Notes: generated by a model from the sequence alone, not told the origin. Positions 1-9,763 are shown, counted from the stretch's first letter. The stretch: DNA of 64,000 bases from Deltaproteobacteria bacterium (GCA_033763315.1 JANRKS010000019.1:384001-448000), one strand, 5' to 3'. Made by a program: numbers and translations.

Positions 1-449
1 TCGGCATACTGCAAACACAGACCAAGGTAATAATTGCCCATCTCGAACTTGCCCGAGCGCAGCACCTGGATTTGCAGCTGCTCCACTTTGCAGGCGGTGG
101 CCTCTTCTTGCAGCTTCTGATCTTGTTTCGGGTCGATGGCCTCCCACTTGAACTTCGACGAGGCGTTGCCGTACTCCGACAAAGTGTCGCGCAAATAGCG
201 GCCCGCGGCTTTGAGCTCAGGCGGCAGGTCTTCCGAAATGAACGCCTTGACGTTCATATAATCGGGCAGGCCCTTCACCAGGTTCCGCGTTGACTCCGAC
301 ACTGTGTAAGTCTTGGCAGCGGTGAGATCGGCGCGTGCGAAAAAGCGCGTGCTGATCAAATTCACCAACACCACCGCGCCCACGAAAAACACGGCGTAAA
401 GCACCGCACTTGAAGCGGAAGCGCGTTTTTTTTGTTTTTGATCGGCCAT
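1..449 (-). CDS. GldG-family ABC transporter auxiliary component (3' end runs off the window)
   Basis: Hand translation from ATG 449: MADQKQKKRASASSAVLYAVFFVGAVVLVNLISTRFFARADLTAAKTYTVSESTRNLVKGL. TM followed by DLT..YT.S is typical of GldG N-termini, and it follows GldA/GldF-like genes. Confidence 0.8.
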   Translation of the reverse strand, partial: MADQKQKKRASASSAVLYAVFFVGAVVLVNLISTRFFARADLTAAKTYTVSESTRNLVKGLPDYMNVKAFISEDLPPELKAAGRYLRDTLSEYGNASSKFKWEAIDPKQDQKLQEEATACKVEQLQIQVLRSGKFEMGNYYLGLCLQYA

Positions 450-451
450 GG

Positions 452-1162
452 CTACCTCCACTTCCTTGATTCAAGAGTCACCGAGGCCACCACGAGGCAC
501 ACGGAGATGATCGAAAGGTAATAAAGCACGTCACGCGTATCGATGACCCCACGGGCCATGCTTTGCATGTGCTCGCCGATGGCCAAGAAGGCCACCAAAG
601 GCTGCAACGCTTGCGGCACCATTTGCACGATGCTGCCGAAAATAAACAAACCGAACGAGATCCCGAAGGCGAGGATGAACGCCACGATCTGATTGCGCGT
701 GAATGATGACGCCATCACGCCGATGGCCGCATACGCGCCGCCCATCAACGTGAGCGACACATAGCCCGCAAACGCCGGACCTTTGTCGAGATCGCCCACC
801 GACGCCACGGTGACGGCGTAGAAACCCGTGACCGCCACGATGATCGCGATCAGGCCGAAGGCGGCGAGGAATTTCCCCACAACAACCTCCCAATCGCGCA
901 CGGGCATGGTGATGAGCAGCTCTAACGTGCCACTGCCTTTTTCCTCGGCCAGCAAGCGCATGGTGATGGCTGGCACGATGAAACAGAAGAAGATGGGTGT
1001 GAGGCTGAAGTAGCCGCGCATCTCCGCTTGCTTCTCAAGGAACAGGCCCGTGAAGAAGAAGTAGCCGGCCAAGATCATATAGACCGTGGCCACAATGTAA
1101 GCGACGGGACTGTTGAAGTAGGTTCGTATTTCGCGTTTTGTGATTGCCCAGGCAGCCGTCAT
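452..1162 (-). CDS. ABC-2 type permease (GldF-like)
   Basis: REIRTYFNSPVAY, MRLLAEEKGSGTLELL..P, about 6 TM helices, GVIDTRDVLYY. Confidence 0.9.
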   Translation of the reverse strand: MTAAWAITKREIRTYFNSPVAYIVATVYMILAGYFFFTGLFLEKQAEMRGYFSLTPIFFCFIVPAITMRLLAEEKGSGTLELLITMPVRDWEVVVGKFLAAFGLIAIIVAVTGFYAVTVASVGDLDKGPAFAGYVSLTLMGGAYAAIGVMASSFTRNQIVAFILAFGISFGLFIFGSIVQMVPQALQPLVAFLAIGEHMQSMARGVIDTRDVLYYLSIISVCLVVASVTLESRKWR

Positions 1163-1201
1163 TGGTTGCTCCTTGGTGGGTGATCGATTGAAAAATTGGG
1201 T

Positions 1202-2155
1202 TTATTTGTCGCCGGTGGTGACGTTGCGGAACACGTCTTCCAAGCTGGCGGCTTCGCGGGTGAGCTCAAGCAGCGTCCAGTGGTTGTCCACGGCTGCTTT
1301 GAACAAGGATTTGCGCAAATCGTCGCTGCTGGCGCCATCGATCTTGAACACGTGTTCGCCGTTGTCGCCTTCGGCTTCCACGCAGCGTTTGACGCCGCCC
1401 AAGGACGAGATGCGCTCCCGGATGGCGCCCTTGGCCACGCCGTTTTGCTCCACCACCACGCGGTAGCGAGCGCCTTTTTCACGCGCCAACAATTCGTCGG
1501 GCGTACCGTCGGCCACCAGTTTGCCGCCGCTGATGATCAAGATGCGGCTGCACGTGGCCTGCACTTCAGGAAGAATGTGCGTGGACAAGATAACGGTTTT
1601 CTCTTGGCCCACTTCCTTGATGAGATCGCGAATCTCAACGATCTGGTTGGGATCCAAGCCGCTCGTGGGTTCATCCAGTACCAAGATGTCGGGATCGTGC
1701 AACATGGCTTGCGCCAAGCCCACGCGTTGGCGGTAACCTTTGGACAACTCGCCCACCAACTTGCCTGCCATGCCACTTAAGCCGCAGCGGCCGCCGATTT
1801 CCTTGATGCGGCGGTCCCGCAGGTTGTGTTCCATGCCGCGCACGTCCGCCACGAACGTGAGGTATTCACGCACGGTCATGTCGCGGTAGATGGGCGTGTC
1901 CTCGGGCAAGTAGCCTATGCGCTTACGCACCTCCAAAGACTCGTCGTAGACATCGTGGCCTGCCACCGTGGCTTTGCCGCCCGTGGGCGCCAAGAAACAG
2001 GTGAGCATTTTCATGGTGGTGCTTTTGCCAGCACCATTGGGGCCCAAGAAACCTAGGACCTCGCCTTTGTGAACATCGAAGGTCACTCCGTTGACGGCAC
2101 GGAAGGCGCCATAGTCCTTCGTGAGGTTCTCAACGTGGATCATCACCTCTGACAT
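1202..2155 (-). CDS. ABC transporter ATP-binding protein (GldA-like)
   Basis: Walker A GPNGAGKST, signature LSKGYRQR, Walker B ILVLDEP, H-loop STH. Confidence 0.95.
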   Translation of the reverse strand: MSEVMIHVENLTKDYGAFRAVNGVTFDVHKGEVLGFLGPNGAGKSTTMKMLTCFLAPTGGKATVAGHDVYDESLEVRKRIGYLPEDTPIYRDMTVREYLTFVADVRGMEHNLRDRRIKEIGGRCGLSGMAGKLVGELSKGYRQRVGLAQAMLHDPDILVLDEPTSGLDPNQIVEIRDLIKEVGQEKTVILSTHILPEVQATCSRILIISGGKLVADGTPDELLAREKGARYRVVVEQNGVAKGAIRERISSLGGVKRCVEAEGDNGEHVFKIDGASSDDLRKSLFKAAVDNHWTLLELTREAASLEDVFRNVTTGDK

Positions 2156-2279
2156 AGAAACCTCGTCTAGTGTTGACGTTTAAAGCGCCGACGGGCGGCG
2201 TCCGGCCTACAACCGCAGGCCCCGCCAGATTTATTCCCCAGCGAACCCTGATGTGGTCGTAAGACCTTGGAACGTCACA

Positions 2280-2318
2280 GCTATACCGCTGGCACCCAAG
2301 TGTCAAGAGTGCCAGTGG
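2280..2318 (-). promoter_or_regulatory. Candidate sigma70 promoter and inverted repeat upstream of the gld-like operon
   Basis: Minus-strand TTGACA (2306-2301) in the loop of imperfect IR ccgctggcaccc/gagtgccagtgg, with TATAGC downstream at a short spacing of about 15 nt. Confidence 0.4.
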
Positions 2319-2319
2319 G

Positions 2320-4692
2320 TCACAGGGGCGACAGAGGGGCGGCGGCGCCCGGCGCCCTGCAGTCGGGATCCGTGGCGGCAGACGAACAACCGGTAGGGCA
2401 GCACTGGTCCGCGGTGGGCCCACATTCGAGCACGGGGTCTTGGCTGCAGCGGGCGGTGCAGCGCGCGGGATCACCCTTGAGCGTGGCAGCCGTGCACAGG
2501 TCGGCGTCGGCGGGGCAGGAGGTGGGGCAGCTTGTGGGCGGGTCGCAAGTCTCTTGATCCTCCACGATGCCGTTGCCACACACCGGTGCGCAATCGGCGT
2601 CGGTGCGGATCGAACAGCCCACGGGGCAGCATCCGTCGCCTCCCGCGCAAGCGCGTAAGGACACCTCGGTGCAGCGCCGCGAACAATTCTCAACGCTTCC
2701 GGTGGCGATGTTGCTGCTGCAGCTTTCACTCCAGGCGCACGTAGACGCGCACGCCCCTGGGTTGCCGGCCGTGATGCCCTTGTCACACGCTTCGCCCATC
2801 TCAACAAAACCATTGCCGCACACCACAGGGCAGTCGTTGTCGGTGTTGCTGCTGCAGCCTTTGGGGCAGCAGCCATCGCCGGATGCGCACGCGGTGACAG
2901 GGGACGCGACGCAGGTCGCCTGGCAGTTGTCCGGGCTGCCCACGAGACGCACCGAAGCGCATGCGTTGGGGGCCACACAGGTCTGCGGGCACGCACCCGG
3001 CTGGTCGGCACCGATCGCGCGATCGCACGTTTCGTTCGTCTCCACGATCCCATTGCCGCATACGCTGGCGCAATCGCCGTCCACACTGCGGTTGCCGCCC
3101 GGGGGGCAGCAGCCATCCCCCGACTTGAAAGCGGTGATTGGGCGTTGCAGGCAGCGGTCAAGACACGAGCCCTCCGAATCCCATTGCGGTTCAAAACAGG
3201 CATCGGTGGCCACGCAACTTGTGGGGCAGGCGCCCGGGCCCGAGGTGAGCCCTTTGTCGCACGTTTCTCGGGCATCCAAGACACCGTTGCCGCACGTGGC
3301 AACGCAGTCGAGATCCGTCAGATTCGTGCAGCCAGGCGCGCAGCAGCCATCGGCCGCAGCCATCGAGCAAGCCACCGCCCCCGCGGCTTCGCAGCGTGCG
3401 GAACATGCGTCGGCCGTGCCTTGCAGGCTTTGGGTGATGCAGCCGAACACGGGGCACGCGGTGGGGCACGCGCCGGGCTGGCCGGCGGCGATGGCTTTGT
3501 CGCACGTTTCTTTGCCGTCGATGCGACCATTGCCGCAAGCGTTGGGGCAATCCGGATCGGCTGCGGCGCTCGTGTTTGGCGGGCAACACCCATCGCTTTC
3601 GCCGCTGGGGTTGACCTCGCGGTGCACACATCTGCTTTTGCAGCCCGCGCCCATGAGCACATCAAGGGTGCATGCGTTTTTGTCGTCGCACGACGGCGGG
3701 CAGGCGCCGGCCTTTCCCTGTGCGACGCCCGTGTCGCACAGCTCTCCCGCTTCGACGACGCCATTGCCGCACACCACGGTGCAGTCGCTGTCGCTTTCGG
3801 TTGAAGCGTTCGCCGGACAACAGCCATCACCCGCGATGGCAGCCACGATGGCCTGCCGTGTGCAGCGGGCGGCGCAGGTGTTGGCCGAGATCAGTCGATC
3901 TTTCGTGCAGGCATTGCCGTCATTGCAGACCGTCGCCGTGGGACACGCGCCCGGCTGCCCAAGCGACATCCCCGTGTCACAAACCTCTGGCGCGTCCACC
4001 GCACCGTTGCCACATAGGGCTGAGCAATCCTCGTCCGTCAGGTGTGTGCCATTGGCAGGACAGCAGCCATCGCCCGGCGCGAATGTGACGATCTCCTGGT
4101 GCACGCACTCGACGGTGCACGCGTTGCCCATTTTGACGTCGCGGGTGCACGCGATGCCGTCGTTGCAATCAAGCGGCGGACACGCACCCGGCAAACCGGC
4201 GCCCAGCGCGACATCGCACGTTTCGCCGGGATCCAGTCGGCCATTGCCACAATTCGCCATGTCGGGCGTGGGGCCGCCGTCCCCCGGGGCACCTGCGTCT
4301 GGAAGCGGAGCGCCACATTTGCCCACGCAGTTCAAGAACACCATTTGCTGCACCGTTTTGCCGGCACGCAGCGCAACGCCGTTCATTTCGCCCTGCGCAA
4401 CAGTGCGACCAGCGTTGTCCAAGCCCTGCACTTCGACGTCCACAAGATCGCCAAACGCTTTGTCCACCGAGAACGAAAACGTGGTGGGAAACACCAGCGG
4501 CGCGCCGGTGCCAGGGGCGTAGTCGCGGGTGGCATTTTTGCCACCGCTTTGCACGGCCACGCGCAGGGCGAAGAGTTGCCCTTGCAGCTCGCTGGCGCCC
4601 AGCTTTGCGGTCACGAACACCACTGGCGCATCGTCGTCCCGGCAAGCGCTTGCCAGGGCCAGCAGCGTTATGAATGCGAGGGCGCCCCTCAC
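2320..4692 (-). CDS. Cysteine-rich repeat lipoprotein (8 repeats of about 80 aa)
   Basis: Probable GTG start overlaps the upstream stop (GTGA); lipobox LASAC; eight CGNG..E.CD...DGCC...DC units. Confidence 0.85.
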   Translation of the reverse strand: MRGALAFITLLALASACRDDDAPVVFVTAKLGASELQGQLFALRVAVQSGGKNATRDYAPGTGAPLVFPTTFSFSVDKAFGDLVDVEVQGLDNAGRTVAQGEMNGVALRAGKTVQQMVFLNCVGKCGAPLPDAGAPGDGGPTPDMANCGNGRLDPGETCDVALGAGLPGACPPLDCNDGIACTRDVKMGNACTVECVHQEIVTFAPGDGCCPANGTHLTDEDCSALCGNGAVDAPEVCDTGMSLGQPGACPTATVCNDGNACTKDRLISANTCAARCTRQAIVAAIAGDGCCPANASTESDSDCTVVCGNGVVEAGELCDTGVAQGKAGACPPSCDDKNACTLDVLMGAGCKSRCVHREVNPSGESDGCCPPNTSAAADPDCPNACGNGRIDGKETCDKAIAAGQPGACPTACPVFGCITQSLQGTADACSARCEAAGAVACSMAAADGCCAPGCTNLTDLDCVATCGNGVLDARETCDKGLTSGPGACPTSCVATDACFEPQWDSEGSCLDRCLQRPITAFKSGDGCCPPGGNRSVDGDCASVCGNGIVETNETCDRAIGADQPGACPQTCVAPNACASVRLVGSPDNCQATCVASPVTACASGDGCCPKGCSSNTDNDCPVVCGNGFVEMGEACDKGITAGNPGACASTCAWSESCSSNIATGSVENCSRRCTEVSLRACAGGDGCCPVGCSIRTDADCAPVCGNGIVEDQETCDPPTSCPTSCPADADLCTAATLKGDPARCTARCSQDPVLECGPTADQCCPTGCSSAATDPDCRAPGAAAPLSPL

Positions 4693-5288
4693 TCGAACCT
4701 CATGTGGCCCAACGCGCTTGACGGTGGATCTTGGTTGGTGTCGCGAAGCAGAACATAACTCGTGCCACCCACCAGCACGGCCGCGGCCCCCAGTGCCGTC
4801 CAGAACCACCACTGATGCCACACGGGTTGTGTGTGTGGCTTTGCGGGCGCGTCTGTGAGCAACGCCGGCGCGTCGCTTGTTAGCAGCGCGGAATTCGACG
4901 GCGCGTTTGGGGGCGTGTCGTTCTTCGCCACGAAGTCTTCGACCTCGGCGCGGAAAGGATCTGAAGCCGGCGCTGTTTGGAGAAACCGCTTGAAGAAGTA
5001 GAGCGCCTTGTCGACCTGCTGCAACTGTTCGTAAGATCGCCCGATGTGCAGCAAGAAATCGGCGCGCGCTTCCACTTCGTAAGCCTTACGGAATTCGGAG
5101 ACCGCCTCTTCGAAGCGCTTGAGCTCAAACAGCGCCAAGCCGGTTTCATAGTGGCTGGAGGCCACTTGTGCGCTTGATTGTTTGTTGGCGGGCTCGGCGA
5201 AGGCCAGGGCGCCCGTTAGCATGAACACAAAGCTCAAGCCACAGGCCAAGCGCCCAGCGTTCATTCGTATGCGAGGTGCCTTCGTCAA
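4689..5288 (-). CDS. Signal peptide-TPR protein with C-terminal WWFW-TM segment
   Basis: Signal peptide, TPR-like helices (HYETGLALF..A...F.KAY), C-terminal PVWHQWWFWTALGAAAVLVGG. Confidence 0.75.
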   Translation of the reverse strand: MTKAPRIRMNAGRLACGLSFVFMLTGALAFAEPANKQSSAQVASSHYETGLALFELKRFEEAVSEFRKAYEVEARADFLLHIGRSYEQLQQVDKALYFFKRFLQTAPASDPFRAEVEDFVAKNDTPPNAPSNSALLTSDAPALLTDAPAKPHTQPVWHQWWFWTALGAAAVLVGGTSYVLLRDTNQDPPSSALGHMRFE

Positions 5289-5321
5289 TGCCGCCAGTCT
5301 GGCGAGGGTAGGGGGCCCCTG

Positions 5322-6992
5322 TCAATCAGGCGTTGATGCGGTCAACACAGGCAGCAAGGGGCGCAGGCCTAGTGCCCAAGCTTGCGCCACCGCGGCCGCC
5401 GCGCGAGGCAGCTGCCCCTTGGGCGTCGAGGCGACAATCGTTTGCATCGCTCGCTCTGCAACATCGAAGTCAAGGCGCGCAAAGCGGGCCAGTTGCAGTT
5501 CCGTCAGCGGCACAAGGCCTGGTTCGGTGAGGCCCAGCAAGCGCGCCACCAAAACGGTGCGGGCCATCACGCCCGTGTCCAGGGCCTTGGGATCGCGCAC
5601 ATTCATGCGGGCGCGGTTCTCGGGGCCCAGCATTTCGGGCCGCACGCCCAGTGCCACCAACAAAGCGAGCTGCGCGGCAATCCTTTCCACGCGGGCCGTG
5701 GCTTTGGCGATGTCGAGCAGCGAACCAAAGGCGCGGTTGCCCCCCGCGGGATCTTCGTCCAAAAGGCGCGGGTAGCGAGGCCGCTTTGCCGCCAACGCTT
5801 CGAGAACCTCGTGATCTTCGAGCTCCCACAAGGCGATCGCTGGATCAATTTTTGTAAAGGGGTTCTCGCGCAGCAGAGCCTGCGCCAGCCGCCCCACCTT
5901 CGCCCCAAGCGAAATGCCGAGCCGGAACATTCGCACGAGCGGCACCGTTGTGACGGCATCACGCTCGTCGTCTTCGTTGCCCTTCGCCAGAAACTCAAGC
6001 GCCAGATCCAAGGTCGCTTGCATGCGCGTAAGCGCATCCGCGATCCCTTCTTGATCGCTTGGAACCACGCGTTCAGCCGAAAGCACGCGGTTTGACAGCG
6101 CCACCAAACTGGCATGTAGATCGGCGATTTGATCGTCATCCGTCAGCGTCGCCACCGCGCGCGCGAAGCGCGACTTGGGCGAGGACAGGCCCTCGGCCAA
6201 GGCGGTTGGCATGCGCAAGGCGTCCGCGGCTTGAGCTCGATACGCCGTCTCGTCGGTCAAAGGTCGCGTGCGTTGGCCGCGCGCTTCGCCAATCTTCACC
6301 GACGCCGGATCCAGGGGCGCAAACACTTCGAGCGCCTCGTAATAATCCACGAACCCCAGGTCGGCCAAGCGGCCCGAGCGCCAGCGCAAAGCCTGCTCTT
6401 CGAGCTCGCTGTCGAGTTCCGCCTGCAGGCTCACCAGCACCCGGCGCGCGAAGTTGAGATCGGTGTTGTAAATCGCCACCAACAGCGCGTGCGTCACGCG
6501 TTGTTCTTCGGGCGTTCCCAACGCATCGATCATAAAGAAGCCATCGGGGGTCTTAAACAGCAGGCCTTGCGGCTCTTCTTCGGGCTCTTCGCCCATCGTC
6601 AGATCCCACAGCTTCATGCGGCGGCGCAGCAGCGTTGCCACAAGTTCGATGTCGAGGCCGCGCACCCATTCGTAAATGCGCTCTTGCGGTGCTTCCACCA
6701 AGGCCCCCAACCATTGCGAAGCTTTCGCCAACGACAGTTGGTCACGATCCCACAGCTCCATATCCAGAACCATCTGCACCTGCTCGGCGGAGCCCAGCAC
6801 CAAAAGCTCATTGGCTTCGGGCAAACCACGCTCGGCGATCAGGTAATAGAACTCATCAACCGGCAGCGCGCGCACGGCGGCCTGCGGATCGGGTGTGTCA
6901 AGCAAGGTGTCGCCGCGACGGATGCGGCGGCCGCGGCTAAGGCGGGCGGCGAACCGCGAGAACGGAAGCATCTTGTCTTTGGGGTCTGACAT
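5322..6992 (-). CDS. DUF6178-family protein
   Basis: QMVLDMELW and ELEEQALRWRSGRLADLGFVDYYEAL resemble the DUF6178 motifs as recalled. Confidence 0.7.
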   Translation of the reverse strand: MSDPKDKMLPFSRFAARLSRGRRIRRGDTLLDTPDPQAAVRALPVDEFYYLIAERGLPEANELLVLGSAEQVQMVLDMELWDRDQLSLAKASQWLGALVEAPQERIYEWVRGLDIELVATLLRRRMKLWDLTMGEEPEEEPQGLLFKTPDGFFMIDALGTPEEQRVTHALLVAIYNTDLNFARRVLVSLQAELDSELEEQALRWRSGRLADLGFVDYYEALEVFAPLDPASVKIGEARGQRTRPLTDETAYRAQAADALRMPTALAEGLSSPKSRFARAVATLTDDDQIADLHASLVALSNRVLSAERVVPSDQEGIADALTRMQATLDLALEFLAKGNEDDERDAVTTVPLVRMFRLGISLGAKVGRLAQALLRENPFTKIDPAIALWELEDHEVLEALAAKRPRYPRLLDEDPAGGNRAFGSLLDIAKATARVERIAAQLALLVALGVRPEMLGPENRARMNVRDPKALDTGVMARTVLVARLLGLTEPGLVPLTELQLARFARLDFDVAERAMQTIVASTPKGQLPRAAAAVAQAWALGLRPLLPVLTASTPD

Positions 6993-7041
6993 AGCGGCTG
7001 GTCGTTATGACCGACGCGAGGCCTGCCGGCCACACCTGCCG

Positions 7042-8319
7042 CTATTCGTCGAACAACACTTCGGCCGACATGTCCACGGCCACCTGCTCTTGGCGCGCGC
7101 CTGACAGATCCGCGGTGGTCTTGCGCAAGCGCTCGGCCAACACCTGCACGAAGCTCCACAGCAGCTTCACGGAAAGCGGCGGGTGCTTGCGGATGATTTC
7201 GTAAAAGTCGCGGCGGCGCAGCACCAACAAACGGCTGCGATCTTCGGCGGTGGCGCTGACTGATCGCGGGCTTCGATCCACCAACGCCATTTCGCCCAGG
7301 TGCGCGCCCGGCTCAAGGAACGTGATGAACGTGCCTTCTTTGTGCAGCTTCACCTTGCCGCGCAGGATGATGTACAGCTCGTCGCCCGGCTCATTTTCCG
7401 TGAGAACAACTTGGCCCACGTCGTAGTCCATCACGTCCGTGACGTTTAGAACGCGCATGATCTCGCGGTACGTGAGGTAACGGAACAGAGGCATGTGCCG
7501 CAGCACTTCGATGCGCTGGGTAAGCTCTTCGCTGCGCACCTCTTGCGCTTCGGACACCGACTCTTGAATGCGCACCACCACGGCGGTGATGTTGTCGATG
7601 CCGCCCGAACGGTTGGCGTGGTCGATGAGTTTTTGCGGCACCTGCGTGACGTCTTCATCCACCATCAATTCAAGTGTGCGTCGGTCGTCGAGGTAGGCGT
7701 GCAGACCGTCCGAGCACATCATGAACTGATCGCCCGGCAGGATGTCGAAATCGATCGTATCCACCTGCACGGTTTCATAAACGCCCACGGCGCGCGTGAC
7801 CGCGTTTTTAAACGACGCGTAGGGCGAGGTGGCCAGGGTTTCCTTCGTGACCTTGCCCCGGCGGATGAGTTCGTTGACCAACGAGTGGTCTTCGGTGAGC
7901 TGCACAACTTGGTTTTGCCGAATCAAATAAATGCGGCTGTCGCCCACGTGCGCGATGAAGCCGCGCTCGCCCACGATCAAAAGCACCGAAGTGGTGGTGC
8001 CCATGCCGCGTTTGTCGGCCTCTTGCTGGCCGCGGCGGAACACCACTTGGCAGGCCGCCTGGACGGCCTCTTCCAGCACCGTCATCACATCTTGCGTGGT
8101 GGCTTTGCCTTCGGCGTAAGCTTCCAGGGTGGGGCGGTCTTCCTCCACCACCCGGCGCAGCTCGTGCACAGCCAGGTGTGAAGCCACTTCACCTGAGGCG
8201 TGGCCACCCATGCCGTCTGCCACGACGAAAAGCGACAGCTTCTTGTCGATCAGGAAGTTGTCTTCGTTGTGATCCCGTTTCCGACCCACATCGGTGGCGG
8301 CCCAGAAGCTTAATTCCAT
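7042..8319 (-). CDS. PP2C Ser/Thr phosphatase with C-terminal cyclic-nucleotide-binding domain
   Basis: TDVGRKRDHNED, VADGMGG, HVGDSR, CSDGL, GGIDN; cNMP cassette GEMAL...PRSVSA; start refined to ATG 8319. Confidence 0.9.
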   Translation of the reverse strand: MELSFWAATDVGRKRDHNEDNFLIDKKLSLFVVADGMGGHASGEVASHLAVHELRRVVEEDRPTLEAYAEGKATTQDVMTVLEEAVQAACQVVFRRGQQEADKRGMGTTTSVLLIVGERGFIAHVGDSRIYLIRQNQVVQLTEDHSLVNELIRRGKVTKETLATSPYASFKNAVTRAVGVYETVQVDTIDFDILPGDQFMMCSDGLHAYLDDRRTLELMVDEDVTQVPQKLIDHANRSGGIDNITAVVVRIQESVSEAQEVRSEELTQRIEVLRHMPLFRYLTYREIMRVLNVTDVMDYDVGQVVLTENEPGDELYIILRGKVKLHKEGTFITFLEPGAHLGEMALVDRSPRSVSATAEDRSRLLVLRRRDFYEIIRKHPPLSVKLLWSFVQVLAERLRKTTADLSGARQEQVAVDMSAEVLFDE

Positions 8320-8441
8320 ATGTTCAGTTTGCCCTGGCCAGTGCCGTTTGCTGCAATCCGCAGTGGTGTCCAGGGTTAACATCAATCGCCTGGCCGGGCA
8401 AGAACCCCGGCAGCCGGCCGCACAAACGGTGGCGAATCTGC

Positions 8442-9701
8442 TTATGACGGGGTGCGCACGAGGCCCAATGTTGAGCGGATCGCATCCAGCAACACGTCGG
8501 CCCGAACCGGCTTTTCAAGCACGCCATGAACGCCATCTTCATCGTCAGGCAGGCCGGGATGGCCTGAGATCATCACGATGCGGATGTCGGGGGCGATTCG
8601 ATTGATCTGCTTGCGCGTGGTTGTGCCGTCCATGCCGGGCATGGATTCATCCATCAAAACCAGAGCAGGGGCGGGGCGGCCGCGCTCGATGAACGCCAAA
8701 GCGGCTGCGCCATCGGGCGCCGTGAACGCCGTGAAGCCTCCGAAGCGCAGCACACGCGCCACGGAATCGCGGACGATGTCGTCGTCATCCACGACGAGAA
8801 CGACCGGACCAGGGAGTTTGGAGGTGGGCTCAGCGCTCGTTGGTGTGGCCGGCTTGTTGATTCCGTACGGCAAAAACAGCGAAACCACTGTGCCTTGCGG
8901 CTGCGCGGGCGAGGCCTCGTGGGGCAGTGTGGATTCCGCGCTGGCCCAGCCGCCGTGAAGACGCGCGCATTCCAGCAGGTTGGCCAAGCCCATCCGGCGG
9001 CCCTCCCGTGCCAGTTGATTCACGAACGGTTCAAAAGCGGGCCCGCGGGCCGTTGTGGGAAGACCGGGGCCATTGTCCCGCACCCGCACGCACGCAAAGG
9101 GCCCACCCCAAGCGTGTGCGGATGGTTTGGTCAGTTCAGCCGCTCCCACGGGAACAGTGCCCAGCTCCACCGTGATTTCGCCGCGCCGTTGGCCCGCCAG
9201 GGCGTCACGCGCGTTCATGAGAACGCAGAACAAAGCGAGTTCAAACTCGTTCGGATGAATGGGCACCGGCGGCAAGGGGGCTTTGAGTTCGATCTTGAGT
9301 GACAAGCTGCGATCAAAGGTGACCCGGCACATCGACACGACCCGTTCCGCACACGCCTCCAGGCTCGCGATCTCTTGTTCGGCCCGAGCCTGGTGGCCGG
9401 CAAACTGGAGCAGGTTTTTCACCAGTCGGCTGGCGTCCGCGCAAGATGACAGCGCGTTGTCCAAAAACGGTTTGATGTCGTCGGGCGCTTGCATGCGCGC
9501 CAACTCCACATTGCCCAAGATGCCTTGCAACGTGTTGTTGAAGCTGTGGGCCACGCCCGTCGCCAGCTCGCCCACGGCCTGCAGCTTCTGCCTTTGCCGT
9601 TGCTGATCGGGCGACAGGTGCATTGCCAGGGCAGGAGCACCTTTGGCTGCTTCCGCTGGTTCGCTCACGAGGCCTCCCGACGACCCGTCCTGCCGACTCA
9701 C
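8442..9701 (-). CDS. Hybrid histidine kinase/receiver protein with no sensor domain and a degenerate G2 box
   Basis: H-box GVAHSFNN, N-box NARDA, DNGPG, receiver VVDDD..MDESMP..EKP. Confidence 0.85.
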   Translation of the reverse strand: MSRQDGSSGGLVSEPAEAAKGAPALAMHLSPDQQRQRQKLQAVGELATGVAHSFNNTLQGILGNVELARMQAPDDIKPFLDNALSSCADASRLVKNLLQFAGHQARAEQEIASLEACAERVVSMCRVTFDRSLSLKIELKAPLPPVPIHPNEFELALFCVLMNARDALAGQRRGEITVELGTVPVGAAELTKPSAHAWGGPFACVRVRDNGPGLPTTARGPAFEPFVNQLAREGRRMGLANLLECARLHGGWASAESTLPHEASPAQPQGTVVSLFLPYGINKPATPTSAEPTSKLPGPVVLVVDDDDIVRDSVARVLRFGGFTAFTAPDGAAALAFIERGRPAPALVLMDESMPGMDGTTTRKQINRIAPDIRIVMISGHPGLPDDEDGVHGVLEKPVRADVLLDAIRSTLGLVRTPS

Positions 9702-9763
9702 GCCTTACGTTGTACGCCCGAAAGAGGGGCAAAGCTAACAGTTTCCGGCCTGTAGCAAGACTC

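Noticed and set aside
2567-4522. 651-aa + strand ORF
   Set aside because: Antisense shadow of the Cys-rich repeat gene; PLPH/QQPS are the reverse complement of CGNG/DGCC
9714-9760. GAAA/GCAAA segment resembling a c-di-GMP-I riboswitch
   Set aside because: Consensus stems incomplete, wrong strand for the adjacent CDS, and upstream of the tRNA promoter
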